From NCBI GenBank assembly GCA_951406725.2, contig OX597814.1, forward strand, positions 156,798,001 through 156,862,000: a DNA stretch of 64,000 bases. Reading direction: 5' to 3'. The notes under the pieces are model-generated. The model ran no database searches, was not told the DNA's origin, and saw nothing but the letters and a program-made list of their open reading frames with translations. Both the position numbers and the translations under genes were made by a program. Below are positions 62,698 through 64,000 of the stretch, one piece after another. Each line of letters opens with the position of its first letter. Within the stretch, counting starts at the first letter, position 1. The stretch is from Octopus vulgaris (Eukaryota).

Positions 62698-63990
62698 GCC
62701 CTGATGCAATACCAGGCAGTGGCTCTCATGGCTTCTGATCTAAACTTATTGGAAGTGTTAATATGCATATGTTTTGCCTTGATGTAAAAGATGGGATGCA
62801 ACAAATATTCTGCTCAATACTACAGATCTGCCTGTCAGTTGCTTGCCCTTAACTGTTGAGCATGTTTCTGAGTGGCTGATGACAGATGTACTGTATATAC
62901 TTGCCGATAAGTCACACTTTTTTTTCCCTGAAATTTTCATCTGACGTTGGGGTTGTGACTTATAAGCACAAATTATAAAAAAAAATCTTCAGATATTTTC
63001 TAGGTACAAGTGACGACTGAAGTTTAGACACTTGGAATAACCATAAAATCCTGAATCGCTAATTCCAAAGCCATGAAGTACACAGAATATGATCTTCAGA
63101 TATTTCTTTATATATTTCTTCACTTTTGTTAGTATGAAATAATTTTTAAAAGTGAGTTTAATGCTTGTTTGTTTTCGTACCGTACCTGTCTTTTATAATT
63201 CGTTGCCATGTTATTTGTTAACATGAACAGAAAGAGGAATTCGTATCATATCACTTTCAAGCCGAAAGTTGTTGATTATGTGAAGAATAATAGTCAGGGA
63301 TTGGCGTTTGAAAGAGGAGAAAATGAAATGACATCAATTCGTTTAAGTAAGTTAGGATAGGAATGAGTCCTAATGAGGAGATGGAGACTATTTTGAGAGA
63401 TTATGTGACTGAACTACGAACGAATGGATGTCATCACAAGAAACATCATCAGATTGTGGGCTCTCCAAATGACTTAAGAACATGGTATATCCAACTTCAA
63501 AGCATCCCCTCATTGGTGTATGAGGTTTATGAAACGCCTAAGAAGTCGCTGTGACTTATAGTCAGGTCACTGATAAAATTCCCGATTTGAACCATGTAAA
63601 TCGGGGGTGCATCTTGTAGGCAAGGGCATTTTATAGTTGAGTATATACAGTAGTCAGGGAGCATCACAGCCATGTGTTGAAAAGGATTCTTTGTGGTTTG
63701 AATAATTCATCCCTTGAAACATGGGTATTTCATTCATCTTTCTTAAACAACCCTTATTCAGAGGCCTTTTCAGCATGATGGGCTACTTGACCTGAAGAAA
63801 TTCTAACTGGGCCCCACCTGCAAGGTCATGTGCTGTTTGTTATATGATATGAGGTCACCATGTTGCGCACATATGGTTGTATTGCATATGCCTGGTGTAC
63901 CCTAATCAGGTAGTCATGTTGGGTATACTGGGCTTCATGTATTTGTACCTCAGTATCACTTTGATGGTGTGTGCTGCTCTCGCTCTCAAT
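62698..63990. mobile_element. Unclassified element bounded by (AAT)n on both sides, interrupted by a pogo-type transposon
   Basis: Comparatively GC-rich sequence TGCCCTGATGCAATACCAGGCAGTGG...GCTCTCGCTCTC lies between (AAT)n tracts at about 62655-62695 and 63988-64000. Confidence 0.5.
62891..63650 (+). mobile_element. Internally deleted pogo/Tc2-type DNA transposon
   Basis: TA flanks and TIR CTGTATATACT / AGTATATACAG. Transposase N-terminal remnants are MNRKRNSYHITFKPKVVDYVKNN (from 63223) and the CENP-B-HTH-like EEMETILRDYVTELRTNG (ORF 63363-63554). Confidence 0.82.
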
Positions 63991-64000
63991 AATAATAATG

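Overview
This is AT-rich, repeat-dominated eukaryotic genomic DNA, either intronic or intergenic. The repeat landscape (tRNA-derived SINEs with CORE-like and Meta-like middle domains, RTE LINEs, Penelope-like elements, TTAA and TA MITEs, dense TA/CA/GA/AAT microsatellites) is consistent with a coleoid cephalopod, most likely Octopus; this assignment is inferred from repeat content only. I found no intact protein-coding gene, rRNA, functional tRNA or CRISPR array. Nearly all listed ORFs are microsatellite or SINE read-through. The recognisable protein remnants are RTE reverse transcriptase (2620-4218, 13300-15150, 60800-61000), Penelope RT/GIY-YIG (23746-24555, 48280-48760), a Tx1/L1 RT scrap, and mariner and pogo transposase scraps. 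The most notable observations are: (1) a tRNA-headed SINE-like unit whose tail carries a decayed hammerhead-ribozyme core and matches the inverted segment abutting a Penelope ORF, a candidate Penelope-mobilised SINE; (2) a PHD-type finger directly after the RT core of the RTE elements; (3) a 7.3-copy, apparently perfect 248-bp tandem array; (4) several long unexplained fold-back structures. All coordinates were read by eye, so boundaries of degenerate elements are approximate.
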